Origin: Phoronis australis
Lineage: Eukaryota; Animalia; Phoronida
Reading direction: 5' to 3'
Assembly (NCBI GenBank): GCA_002633005.1
Contig: NMRA01000452.1
Span: 261,928-325,927, forward strand
DNA length: 64,000 nucleotides
The translations under genes and the position numbers were made by a program. The notes beneath the pieces are model-generated. The model searched no databases, was not told the origin of the DNA, and was given only the letters and a program-made list of their open reading frames with translations. Positions 40,501 to 53,177 of this stretch are shown here, piece by piece (within the stretch, counting starts at the first letter, position 1; each line of letters starts with the position of its first letter).

Positions 40501-43500
40501 AAATTTACCAAATGTTATCACACGATAGCAATAGACTTTAGAAATTTTTTAGTAATCTTTATTTTTGTGTAGAAATTTGATAAAATACAGTTTCATTTGC
40601 CGGCCATATCGTATGTGGGACTGGAGAAGCCTGACAATGTGTGAGGCAGTAGCATAAATCCTAACATAGTCACAAACGCCTGCCCACGAGAGGCTCAACC
40701 CTATATTTGTGAAGTGTTGAACCAGCAAGTTATCACATACAGAACTCGGCAATGAACAAACGTTTTCAGGTTTAATCACTCATAATTGCCACTAGTTTGT
40801 GAACGACCCTTTCACTATTGGCACTGGTATTGTATTTCAAGTGTTTTGCAACCATAAAATACTGAATGTAAACAACCCATTTCATCAAGTGACACTTTTT
40901 AAGTCTGAATTCTCCAATTTAAAATAGTGTTTTAATTTAATTTGTTTTAATTTCATTTCAAGGTTTGAATGGTTAAATGCAATATTTGTTTATTAGAAGA
41001 AATACTGCAAAGATATTTCAGATGCTGATTAAACATTTAATATAATAAACACTTTCAAGACATCAAACTAAGGTTGGCTTGTGACCGAATGCATGTTAAA
41101 TTCTAGTTATAAAAAATGTTCAACGATATTGTACAGCTATTTAATGAAAGTTTTAAAGAAAGATTTGCAGTTTATGGCTGAAAGGGAACTTAGAGATTAT
41201 TGCTGGATGGTACTTTTTGAAGTTAAAACCTTTGACCACAGAAACAAAACAATATCCATTGCATTTTTGTAATTTTATTATAAATTTCATCACTGTCTGC
41301 CAGCCATTCACTGAAACGGATAAGTTTTTTTGCGTATTCTTAAGAATTTTAACATGGCTGTTGCTGTCAACCCAAACGTGTTATTCAACTCGGAACAGAG
41401 CTGAACCTCACACCCTTTCCAACAAAACAATGAAATACCAGGTTTCTGCTCACTCAAACACACAACGTTAGTAGTGGGTATGCGGTACTTTCACAGTATC
41501 CATGAGCAAAACCAGTGCAAAGGTAAAAGATGGTAGAAACGAGGTAGTTACGCAGTGCGATTTGCTGGGTTAGTCATAAGCACGCATGGGATATTTCACA
41601 AGAGACTGATTGGAAAGAGAAAAAGCGAATCACACGAATTACCTCTGACGGCGAGCTGGCTTCCAAAGGCTTTTGTGGGGAAAAACAAAGGGAGAATAAA
41701 CACCACGCGTGCAATTTGACACCAAGTTGAATCTGTCAGAGTGATGGCTTCTAATAACACCTGAGACTACTATAGGGCATGATTAGGACGTTGACTGAGA
41801 TCAGACATATGAACTAATGTACTTTCAGAATAAGAAAGTAGTTCTTAAAACTTTGCTTTAAAATATTTAGCATGCACCTAACTTAGTTCCAGTGGGCAGA
41901 AAGCACACGAGCCAATCAGAATGTTTTCTTTTAAAATTTTTGTACGATTTATTTGAGTGTTTAATCTATAGCGTTTCTAAGGGATAAGTTAAGCTGTACT
42001 TACATGCCTGTTGGTTTTAGCTCAAGTGTCAAAAGTACAGCTTCGTGGGCCAAAATACTGAGTACTTGACTTCAATTACTTGTTACATGCATACTGCACA
42101 GTGTAATAAAACAGGACAATTATTTAAAGGTATACTGAGCACTGTTTAAGTTATATGACTATTACCTGGGGACATCCCGTTTCATACAATGCTGAGCGTC
42201 AAATGTTTAGAATTGTAAATTTTTTGCGAGTCAAAAAATCAAATTTTGGAATAAGCCAAGTTCATACTAGTCGTTTTCTTTGGTTATACTATCGTCAGAA
42301 CAGCGCCCACAGGTATAATTTTTGGCTCAATAAATGTCTTCCTTCTAACTTCAGGGCCTGACAGGTTTTGAAACCTGCCCCTCTCTCCTAAAGGAAGAAG
42401 AAAGCGTCCAGCCGTGTCATTTTTAGCCACGTTATTGATCTTTCTTTTTCAGAAGCCACAAAATACACACAAGCCAGTTTTTAAATGACGTATACAGCCA
42501 TAATTACTTCCTCTTATTGGCATTCATTGACAAAGTATCAGTTATAACCCATGGCTCACATGTAAATGCAGCTCTCAACACTAACAGAGATCGTCGCAAT
42601 AAGAATGTTGCCGACTGCATTTCTTATTAGTTAGTATGAACACCGTCAGAAATTTAAAAATTTTGACATCTGAATACTTTAAAACTTTCAATTTTTTTTC
42701 TTTGTAAATGTCTTTTTATCATGAACGTAAAACTCCTCCAATTCTGTTCAAAAATAGATTTTTCACTCTTCAAGTTCTTCTTAGACCGATATGAATATAA
42801 ATATTTTTCAGAACTCATCCCAACGGCAGCTATCATATAAAACACAAAAATATTTATTTGGTGCTGTCATCTACTATGCAGACGTCCCCTGTACGTTCTT
42901 AGTGGTTAGCGCACGAAAAACGCAAAGATGTGTGCACAGATAACTCACTCCTACTGGCGGCACCTGTTGGATCCATATGTTCAATTTTTCCGATATGTGC
43001 GTCTGACTGCACAAATCAGATCAGAAACCGAGAAGCCTGCATATGCCGAAATCAGAGAACTCTAAATCAGGTTTCCATCTATGGTGCAATTAATATTTGA
43101 CAGAAAAAAAATGAACAAATTAAAGTCCGTGATCCCAAAACAGCGTCCAAAATTACTAAGATTTCAGCACAACATCTCATTCAACGCTGCCGCACATTCT
43201 GTGAGGACGCTGGTATGTTCAAGCCGGGCAGCCGTATACACTTGATCAGTTTACCTAGCATCACCAACAAGGCTAACAACGTCATGATCTCGTCACTATA
43301 CGTTTACACAGGGCCATTGACCGGGTGACATGGAGCATACATGTTAGGATAACACAAACAACACAAGGATCACTGTGTAAACTACAAAGTGAGCGACAAG
43401 AAAAACAAATATGCACCCAAAGCATGGATAGCTTCAACAACATAATTGATATAACAAAAAAAAAACCTGCAGTTTCTTAGTCTAGACTAGGCGTAGTCTG

Positions 43501-46500
43501 GAGACAACTCAACGATGGTTGTACGGCACTCATATGGTTTGGGGGTTTAATTTATTATTAATGTGCAAATTCATAGATTTCGAGACACAATGCGAATTCG
43601 CAATTATCAATTTGTTGGTGAAGAAATATATTAAAAATAAAATAAATATATTTATCAATTCTGTTTACTTACACGTACAAAAGTAAATCTCACAGGATAT
43701 ATTCAAATTTTAATTTTGATAAGATGAAACAAAAGGTAAAATGGACACATAAAATTATCAAACTGTTGCAAACTAAATTTAAAAAGATTCTTTCCATGTT
43801 TTGAAATAGTGGTCTATCAACACAGTGTCTTAGTTTTCAAATATTTGAAATGTTCCCAAAGAATTTTCAACTTAAATTTTTGAACTTCTGAAAGCTAATA
43901 ATGGTTTTCAAAGCCATTGCTTGCTTGTATTTGTAACCAACAATAGAAGAATGGGAAATTTTAGCAATCATTGACAGNATATTTTTCAGAACTCATCCCA
44001 ACGCCAGCTATCATATAAAACACAAAAATATTTATTTGGTGCTGTCATCTACTATGCAGACGTCCCCTGTACGTTCTTAGTGGTTAGCGCACGAAAAACG
44101 CAAAGATGTGTGCACAGATAACTCACTCCTACTGGCGACACCTGTTGGATCCACATGTTCCAATTTTTCCGATATGTGCGTCTGACTGCACAAATCAGAT
44201 CAGAAACCGAGAGAAGCCTGCATATGCCGAAATCAGAGAACTCTAAATCAGGTTTCCATCTATGGTGCAATTAATATTTGACAGAAAAAATGAACAAATT
44301 AAAGTCCGTGATCCCGAAACAGCGTCCAAAATTACTAAGATTTCAGCACAACATCTCATTCAACGCACATTCTGTGGGGACGCTGGTATGTTCAAGCCGG
44401 CCAGCCGTGTACACATGATCAGTTTACCTAGCATCACCAACAAGGCTAACAACGTCATGATCTCGTCACTATACGTTTACACAGGGCCATTGACCGGGTG
44501 ACATGGAGCATACATGTTAGGATAACACAAACAACACAAGGACCACTGTGTAAACTACAAAGTGAGCGACAAGAAAAACAAATATGCACCCAAAGCATGG
44601 ATAGCCTCAACAACATAATTGATATAACAAAAAAAAAACCCTGCAGTTTCTTAGTCTAGACTAGGCGTAGTCTGGAGACAACTCAACGATGGTTGTACGG
44701 CACTCATATGGTTTGGGGGTTTAATTTATTATTAATGTGCAAATTCATAGATTTCGAGACACAATGCGAATTCGCAATTATCAATTTGTTGGTGAAGAAA
44801 TATATTAAAAATAAAATAAATATATTTATCAATTCTGTTTACTTACACGTACAAAAGTAAATCTCACAGGATATATTCAAATTTTAATTTTGATAAGATG
44901 AAACAAAAGGTAAAATGGACACATAAAATTATCAAAACTGTAGCAAACTAAATTTAAAAAGATTCTTTCTATGTTTTGAAATAGTGGTCTATCAACACAG
45001 TGTCTTAGTTTTCAAATATTTGAAATGTTCCCAAAGAATTTTCAATTTAAATTTTTGAACTTCTGAAAGCTAATAATGGTTTTCAAAGCCACTGCTTGCT
45101 TGTATTTGTAACCAACAATAGAAGAATGGGAAATTTTAGCAATCATTGACAGAACGTGAAATCACTGATTAGACAAAATGAAGACACCATCTAGGCAACA
45201 CTTAACAAACACTCTTGCAAAATGACCACAGCCTGAGCCGGGTTAAAACTAATATTCAGTGCAAGTGAGATAAGATGAACAGGCTGAGGATTACCATGTC
45301 ATTTTTATCAGGTGACAACATGCCAGTCCTTGATTTTTACACCTGTTTGAAACCTACGAGATATGCCAAGGGCTATGAATTACAAGGTGATTTGCAAAAA
45401 GGTGTTGTTTTTTATTCCCAACCAAATGACAAATCTCAGCTCTTATCATTTGTGTATCCCTGGTAAAAATAGACACGAATTTTAGCATGGAATCAATACA
45501 CAACTTTAGTACGACAGAACTAGTACAGATTAACAAGTCTGATTGATTGTTCTAGAATGATAAGATAATAGATGTAACTGTCACTGTACACAGCTACCTG
45601 TGACAAATGTCATCTGGAAATATGATAGCAAACGTTCCAATGAATCGGAAATACGATAGCTAACGTTCTGATGATTTGGAAATACCACGTAGCAAACATT
45701 CTGATGACACGTGTACTGTGGCTATATCTATAATTCGGTTCGCGTACCTACACGTAAACACTTAAGTGAAACTGGGGACATTTAAAAACACAATGTGAGC
45801 AGAACTCGACTTATTCCTTTTACAAAATGGCAGACGTAGACGCGTATTCAATTCATGCTAATTCAGTTCAAGACATGTACAGCTACAAGGTTAACCACTT
45901 GCATTGATAAGTGAGTCCTCGGCATACTTGCATACACAATTAAACTCTTTTCAAAAAAATTTCTTTAAAAAGAGTGCATGATTTCTGATATAGGACCATG
46001 GGAGTAAAACAGAAATTACGAAGTAGAATAAAGTGTGTGAGCTGCGCAGCTAAATTAAATTAAATTAAATTTAATCGAGACAAAGAAAAAACTTGGGTTG
46101 CATGTTACATTTGTTATTTAAAAATGTCAGTAAAATAAAAATTTAAAATTGAAATGCAAATGATCTAAAGTTGTGAATTTAAGAATTGTCGTTCATATTT
46201 AATCTCGATAAAATGCCTGGCTGTGTTTTGCAAATCACAAGTTTCTGTGTCAAACTTGATTATACGTTCCTGAAGTTCTGTATGTTGCTAGAAATACTTA
46301 GTGAATCTGTTCTGTTATTTAGTTGCTGTGGACACTAGACAATTTCATCAGGTTTCACAACTTTGCTTTAAGATGATGTCAAAGATTTGCCGTACAAAAC
46401 TATGAACCAGTAATCTTGAAACAGTTCTGCGATTTTAAAAATTTGTAAACATTGAACACAAATATAGTTCTCAAGGCTTTCCTATCAAAGTACACGAATA

Positions 46501-46919
46501 CATAGCCATGCTTTACCTGAGTTCCAGGGCGCTTGGCTGTCATTCCCATACTTAATGCTTCGGAACGTTTCAAATCCCGCCACGACATAGGAAGACCCAT
46601 CCTTGAGGTCGTCAATGTCTCGGATTTTCCGGCCACCAACTGGCGTATAAATTTGCCTGACTCCATATGGTAAGGACACGTTAGCAGGCAACTTCCCAGT
46701 TAGATCATTTAGGAGATCATTGAAGGACAAGTATCTGTGCGGAGTGATGTTCAGTTTTTTACCCTTGAAGTAGCGATTGCCGTTACAAAAGAAGATCACT
46801 TTCCGCGGGCGCCTCAGGTCACGGTACCGGTCATCTGTAAGACTTTGATGCGACTGTGACACCGCAGTGTTGCCATACAGCCGGCGTGACATACTAGTGC
46901 CACCTTCTGGCCACGGCAT
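28600..46919 (-). CDS. DCLK3: Doublecortin-like Ser/Thr kinase (DCLK3-like), ~890 aa: complement(join(28600..28808,29393..29560,29924..30056,30759..30905,33170..34782,46517..46919))
   Basis: Phase-consistent GT-AG exons (2673 nt). DCX1: [31 protein letters not shown]2: [37 protein letters not shown]. Kinase: [87 protein letters not shown]. Assignment to DCLK3 rather than DCLK1/2 is by recalled motif similarity. Confidence 0.9.
29521..29720 (-). repeat. 100-bp tandem duplication spanning a DCLK splice acceptor
   Basis: 29521-29620 and 29621-29720 are nearly identical. Each contains cttatccag|GTTACGGGCTTGAGGTGGACATGTGGGCGG. Confidence 0.9.
32530..32810. repeat. Diverged ~137-bp tandem duplication in a DCLK intron
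   Basis: CAGAGTTCAA.CACCTCAAATAAAGG.TATG.AAATTTACGGCAAAAT.ATTGCATCCAAAA...ATTCAATACAACATC.CCAAA occurs twice. Confidence 0.8.
35427..35461 (-). ncRNA. Candidate minimal type-I hammerhead ribozyme (U3-A8 core variant, Penelope-associated type)
   Basis: Minus strand CCC-TTGACAA-A-GAGC-GCATT-GCTC-GAAAC-GTA-GGG gives a core, stem II, palindromic ACGT stem III, GUA cleavage triplet and a 3-bp stem I. Confidence 0.5.
37423..37606. repeat. 39-bp minisatellite AACTACATCCCATGTATTACACAATGCCCAATAATAATT x~4.7
   Basis: Directly visible. It explains the repetitive ORFs at 37415-37651. Confidence 0.92.
42801..45152. repeat. 1.17-kb direct duplication across N43978 (probable uncollapsed alleles)
   Basis: 42801-43977 and 43979-45152 are nearly identical, with scattered SNPs and small indels. 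Confidence 0.85.
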
Positions 46920-49900
46920 TAGTAGTGGTTACAAATGGACGGAATGAGACGAATACAGTTGAAACAACTTGCTACATTGTGTCTTGGCTCTATCCAGCGG
47001 GATTGTTCACCCTGAAACAAATTAAGTGAAATCAATAATTGCTGTCAGGTGAAAGGACATCAATTTTAACAGTTGAAAGAGCTTATCTTATGGATTTGCG
47101 GAAATAAGGATGGGGTTGGTGACTTGTAGGCATGCAATACACAGTGGATGAGATGTCATGGTCCAGAATATATAACAGAATAGCAACGGCTAACTTTACA
47201 GGTTCCAAAACATCACAAGGCTCATTTTTGACAGTAACTTATGCAGCATACTAAAACAGCAGTAGTGTGCAGTCCAGGGTGTATTGATATACCTGCTTTT
47301 CATACCTTCAACTCGCTGCAACATTGAATTCTCAGAGTTTCCGTATATATGCCCCTGCGAGTCCCCTCCCCCTATTCTTTGTCATATCAAGGCTGAAAAG
47401 TGTGGACTTCTGAAGTACATGTAATCGTTCTGAAGCTGTATGTCTGTGCAACTTGAAAGCATTTCAGATATGTCCCAGCTTTTGCTACCAACATAAAAAT
47501 ATAGTCACAACAACCCTCTCAGCGTGCAGTGTCAACAAGACATGTTGATGAAGTACTTTTTTCCTATCAAGGAATGTAGAACCGAGGAACTGGTTTTGTA
47601 TGGCTCCCATTGCTGACAATGCTCAAGAGGTTGGTTTGAATGAACTGAATGTGATGAAGACAGAGACCTAGTGTATTTTGGTCTAGAGCAAAGCCAGTGC
47701 AAGGAAAGAAGTTGTTTTACCGACTAGGGTTGAAGTAACATTCCCTCGTCGTAAGCTTCGACTTGAGTTCGAATCGATTCCTTGTCTTGTCAAGGATAAA
47801 ATCTGAAACAAAAATACCAGTTCAACTCTTAACTACGGGGACACGAATTATGTCCATGGTCTACAAATAAACGGACACGTCGCTGTCCTTACGTAAAATC
47901 TCAAAAACGTACCTCCATCGAAGTCCCGCTATCAGTTTAGCCATGTCTTCTAATAATGGGACAAATGAAACATCGCACATATTTGACAAACATGGCGGTC
48001 TTATCACTACCACAATGCGTAGAGCTAACATCTCGATAACACTACATTCTATCATAACTCCTTCTTCTCCAAAGTAGCCAAAAAGAATTTTAAATTCATT
48101 TATTATATCAAAATATCATGTAAATAGGAGAAAAATGGAAAAATGAACACTTGTTTTGTTTGCAAAAATATTTTTTTATCTTGTTATTATCAACTGTTCG
48201 AGCATGCAAGCCTAAAAGCGTTGGGTTAACCTCGTCACTTCCTGATTATCATATCAATAGAATACACAGCGCTAGCAACCTTCAGCGACAACAAACAATT
48301 AATCTGCCAGACTGGAAGGGTATTGAAAGTCACCGCTTTAAAGGAAAACATTTTCAACAGTAGTTTTTGTACCACGCAGTTTTATTATTTTAATAAAATG
48401 AAAATGATTCTTTGAAATCAGAGCACAGGTGATTTTAAAACCAAAGACTGGGGCAACTTGCTCAGTAGACCCACCGATTGTTGTAGGCTACATTCTGTTG
48501 TCTATGATCTATGCAGGATTACTAGAGTCGAAACTGCTGCCGGGACAGCCGGGGAACGCACTCACAAATGAGCTGGGCTATGTTAAAGATTGGATGACTT
48601 CCTATTTTAAACTCAAAAGTTTATGATATTTTATAACTCAAATAAGAAATATTACTGAAAATGAAACTTCGAACCAAAACCGCACTGCCTGGCCAAGCCC
48701 AGTGCAAGACTACGCCCCGCGAACCCTTCGCTGCAAATCTCATTTTTTCAGTGGATTTTACAAACACAACAAACTTTGGGAGTTACAAGTACATAAATAG
48801 CGAGAGTTCCGTGAATTTTATATTTTCCTTGAGCTGACAGTTAGCTGTTTGCTACAACAAAAGGACTCCGGTCGGACAAGCCCCATTCACTAGGTTGTGG
48901 AGCCTGGTCTGTCGTGGCCCAGCGAACTGACAATCTGTGCCCGGTTTCATGAAAGAGTCCCAAATAATGACTCAACTAAGTTCCTTAAATCTACGGGGTG
49001 TTTTGGGCTTGTGAAAACACCGTATTGACCCTTTTATATGCTGCTTGAGTCTCTTTACAAAGTCGATTTTTTGGCTTTGATACAAATTGAGAGTGACTAA
49101 ACTATACGTTGGATTCTCAACTAAAATTGGAAATGAGAGAGGTTTTCATGTAACGTCCCTAAATATTTTAACTGGATTAAGGCGGACCCAGTTTTTAGTT
49201 ATAGAATTAGAAAATTAAAACGGTAGAAAAAGTATCACCTCTGTGATCGAGTACAGAACGACTTAGGGAACTCTAGTTTGCTACTGTTTCTAAGCAACCG
49301 GGCAATGAACCCTGAAATCAGTAATTTGACAAAGAAGCAATTTGACACCAATTTCCTTACGGTGAACGATCTAAATCATTTTTTAATGGAAGGTGGGTTT
49401 ATTTTTTTCTCCCTGTGGCTAAAAAAACCCCAAAAAATAGAATATAACCTTTTACTCTCATAAATCGACCTCATATACTTACATTGATAAAATCTCCGGT
49501 TTGCAGAATGATTATCTTTATTTTTAGTTTAGTTTAGTTTATAATGGCCAAATTTTGGTTTATATTAGTCATCAGTTTTTCTGTCGCACTTTGCAATTCG
49601 ATATTTTCAGATTTATGCTCAAAATATAGTAAATGGGCTTTTCAAGTACGCTTTTTGAAAGTGCCTACGGCCAAAGATTTTATAGTATCTTTGCTACGGC
49701 TGACTTATACAGCTGTCAGTGAGGAAATATCCAAAAGATCAAAGTGCCTTGCAATTTGCGAATTCTTTTCATAATTTCACATCAACCTTTATCAGACGTA
49801 TTGAGCTGACATTTGCAGCCAATTCTAATTATTCTTCTGAAAATTATGCCCGAGATCACGCAAGACTTCGCGAGATCGCCACGCATTAACAAGAGAAGCA

Positions 49901-51061
49901 CGAGATCACTCTGGCTTCCTTCGCGAGACAAGTTCTTGTGTCCACGGAACTTGGTTTGTGACTTGTTTTGAAACCTGTGCCTCACAACTGATATCAGATG
50001 ACGTTTCGGGGGAAAGTAGACTCTCCACTCATTTCAGCTGAACTCAGGTGACCTTTTTCTTCATATGGACAAAAACACATCGATTAGCAAAGAAAAAATG
50101 GAGACCAGAACCAATTACGCTATTTTCTCTGGCTCGCAAAGAACCAAAATATCTCCATTGAAATAATAACGTCGGAATTGATAGGTGATTATGCAAATCA
50201 CCAGTAAAATTGCACATTCGGGTTTTTTCAGTGGTATTGCGGCGGGAGAAAAAGCGAACATAGTTCGATATTTGCTTCTGCAAAACGGCTTTTCTTATTT
50301 TATTTTCAAGCGAAATCACAAGGTGTCAAGAGGCCAGAAAGAGGGTCTGGCGAGGATTCATTGACATTTACTACTTAAGTCAACACTAGCGTGAAAAGTC
50401 GCCAGGCGATTAGAGCGACGTCTTTCGTGAGAATAGTTCACTTTTTATAGATTGTAACTTTCGTTGACTTGAAAAACCCGCTGTGTTTCATATTAGCCAT
50501 AGAGTAGGTCGCCTCCGTTGACATTCGATGAGTTTGCCAGAAATAAAAAACGATCTAAAGACCCCTGTGTGGGCTTTTCCGGTCTTTGTTTGTTCCATGT
50601 GAACTTTTACGTTGGTGGGGACTTCTAACGAAAATCCCGGGTGCGTCGCCGGGGTAGCCGGTTCTGTAAACTAATTTTTGTACTGGTGTAACCTAGCAAA
50701 ATCAAGGGTATTGGAGTGATTGATCGAAGAATTTGAAAAACTAAGTTAAGGGATGACATTAATAAATTGATCCTCGCTGCACAAATTATAATTTTAATTC
50801 AATGATGCATGTCCCAGCGCCAATCGCAGCTCACTCTCTGCGTATATGGCTCTGGTATCACTGGTTCGCCAGCAAATCTACGAGCGGCTGCCCTAACGGT
50901 ACAGAATATACACTCGTCTTTGGGCTCTGCTGCTTAAGGTTATGAAGGGCCCTAGAAAAATGTCCATATTTGACTAACTTCGGGACACCATATCTCAAAA
51001 ACGACTGAACGGATCTGTGCGAAACTTTCAGACATTTTGCTTTATGCAATGTTCTTTGTTA

Positions 51062-51115
51062 GGGGGAAGGGCGGAACCAATATGGATTTGGGGGGAAGGG
51101 CGGAACCAATATGGA
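51062..51115 (+). repeat. 29-bp-period tandem duplication containing a GC box and CCAAT
   Basis: GGGGGAAGGGCGGAACCAATATGGA occurs twice. Confidence 0.75.
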
Positions 51116-53177
51116 AAGGATTAATAAATGATCTACGGAAAAGACAGGCTGTGCTTTGGGCAGGTGTTGCTGAATCATCAAAAGTTACGTATCGAACGCG
51201 TGCTTGTCCACTTTAAGGAATTTTCAAAATAACATTTGTCGGGCTAATAAATGAAACAATGGCGTTACTGTCTCCTCCTTCCTTTGCATTTCTCGTCCGC
51301 CCTTCGCGTTTTTTGATTCCGTCGTTTTCATCTGAGGATCCCTACATCACTTTTCTTGAACTTCCTACCGGGCCCAACCTTGCAACCGTGCATCCCATCG
51401 ACACTCTTGGGTTATACGAGAGCGCGTGGATGTTAGAGAAGGTTATCAGGGAAAGACGGAGTCTATAACTTTTCCGATTGATTTGGTTTTCAGTATAAAA
51501 TGAATAAACTGGGAAATGCTTGACCGTTAAAGCACATGAACATTAAAAGTGGACACTAACTTGTGTAGGAAGATGACTAATTGTGTGAAAGTTGTAGGAA
51601 CTTGACCTCGTCGAGTATTTATTTCAGGAATTTTATGCTTAAAAAGCAATGTCATGTTCACATTAGATTTGTTTTGACACTTAAAGATGAATGATTTAGA
51701 CGTAATTGCAATTTAATGTCTATTTTTATTTATTGCTCACGAGAATTTACTGAAATCAACGAATCCAATTCTAATTTAATCTGTGTTAACGTCGATTTGT
51801 CACTCAACTGTTTTGATACTGTAATATGTACTGATGACACACGTATTTATCAAACGATCGTACAAAAGTGACGAAACTCACTGCATGCTGTTTCCTTTTC
51901 AACAAAATTGTGTGTGTGAAGCAGAGACACCAAATTTAAACATCAACAATGAACCAGACATTCCAAATTTAAAGATCAACTACAGTACTCTGAAATTTGT
52001 TTTAGATTTCTTAAATTTAAATATTTTTAGGAGTGTTTGTGGATGGCATTTTCTCGTGGATTAAACATGTAACCTATATTTATCAAATAAAATTTCCTGG
52101 ACATGCGCAGATGTCTTCCAACTGGAATGTCACAAACTTTCTACAATTCCCCCACATCTTTGTACAGTGTGTCGTCATGGAGTTTCAATACATGTCGCTG
52201 AGTCAAACCTATTCACAAGCGTACTTCACAACACACCAGTCTGTTACAGTACAAGCTAGGATTTTTATTACTTGAATGTATTTTAAAATTAATATGCCTA
52301 AAGCTGGTACGATAAAACAAACGAGCCCCTGTCTATTTCCTTGGTTTCCCCTGTCGGCACATCCTCAAACTATAATAGACAAGTAACTGTGTCAAGTTGT
52401 TCATTCAAATGACGTCACTGTTTCACTACCCATTCTAAGACCATCTTTCCAACTTCTGGTAAAAACCACCTCAACACTGCCTTACATGCTCAAATCGACT
52501 GTTTCCCAGGAAATGTCATATCAAAAGTCACTAGATCTACATTGTATTGCTTGACTGTAAAAGTGGGCTTACCAAAGCAGCACACAAAACAGGTTTGAGG
52601 CGTGCATGGAACTGTAAATGTTTGTGTAGTGTTTGTTGTTCTCTATGTTTGTAAGTGATCTAGACTCTGATTTAAGAGAGCGCGGTGTTAATGCTGATTC
52701 TGTGATTAGCTGTCAATTTTGCAGATAATCTCGCGTTGGCCGATTGGAGACACTGTCATTGAGCTGCAACGAAAATTTAACGTGCTTGGAGAATTGTGCC
52801 TCTGGAAATAAAAAACTAATGGTGGCCATTTTGCTAGTCTTCTCACCTTACTCATGCATTGTTTTGCCCCATCCCGCCTTAAGTGTCGCAATACTGATGC
52901 CACCCCAAAAGGGAGAAGTTTAACCAGAGCGTGTTGCGGCGATTAGTGATAGAGCGGCTTCGTCAAGGAACGTTCAGTACACTCCCATCATTTTGCTAGA
53001 CACTCGCAACAAGTATACTTGATAAAGACAAAGTTACGCAAAATTCTTCACAGATATAATCTCAAGTTTCGTACCTTGAAATGGAAACGCACTGATAACA
53101 TGAAATAAATCTCACGTTATTTCAAAGTACATTTGTTTACATTTGAAGTATTCGATAGTACATGCTTTTGGAACAAT

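Noticed and set aside
47880-48000. Possible non-coding first exon of DCLK (donor-like GTACGT/GTAAGG; acceptor at 47011)
   Set aside because: Plausible, but the boundaries cannot be fixed from sequence alone.
52200-52260. Possible further terminal exon of the secreted gene if CAAGG|GTAAAT at ~53181 is a donor
   Set aside because: The acceptor lacks a polypyrimidine tract, and the in-frame TAA at 53178 gives a sensible end. It cannot be excluded without transcripts.
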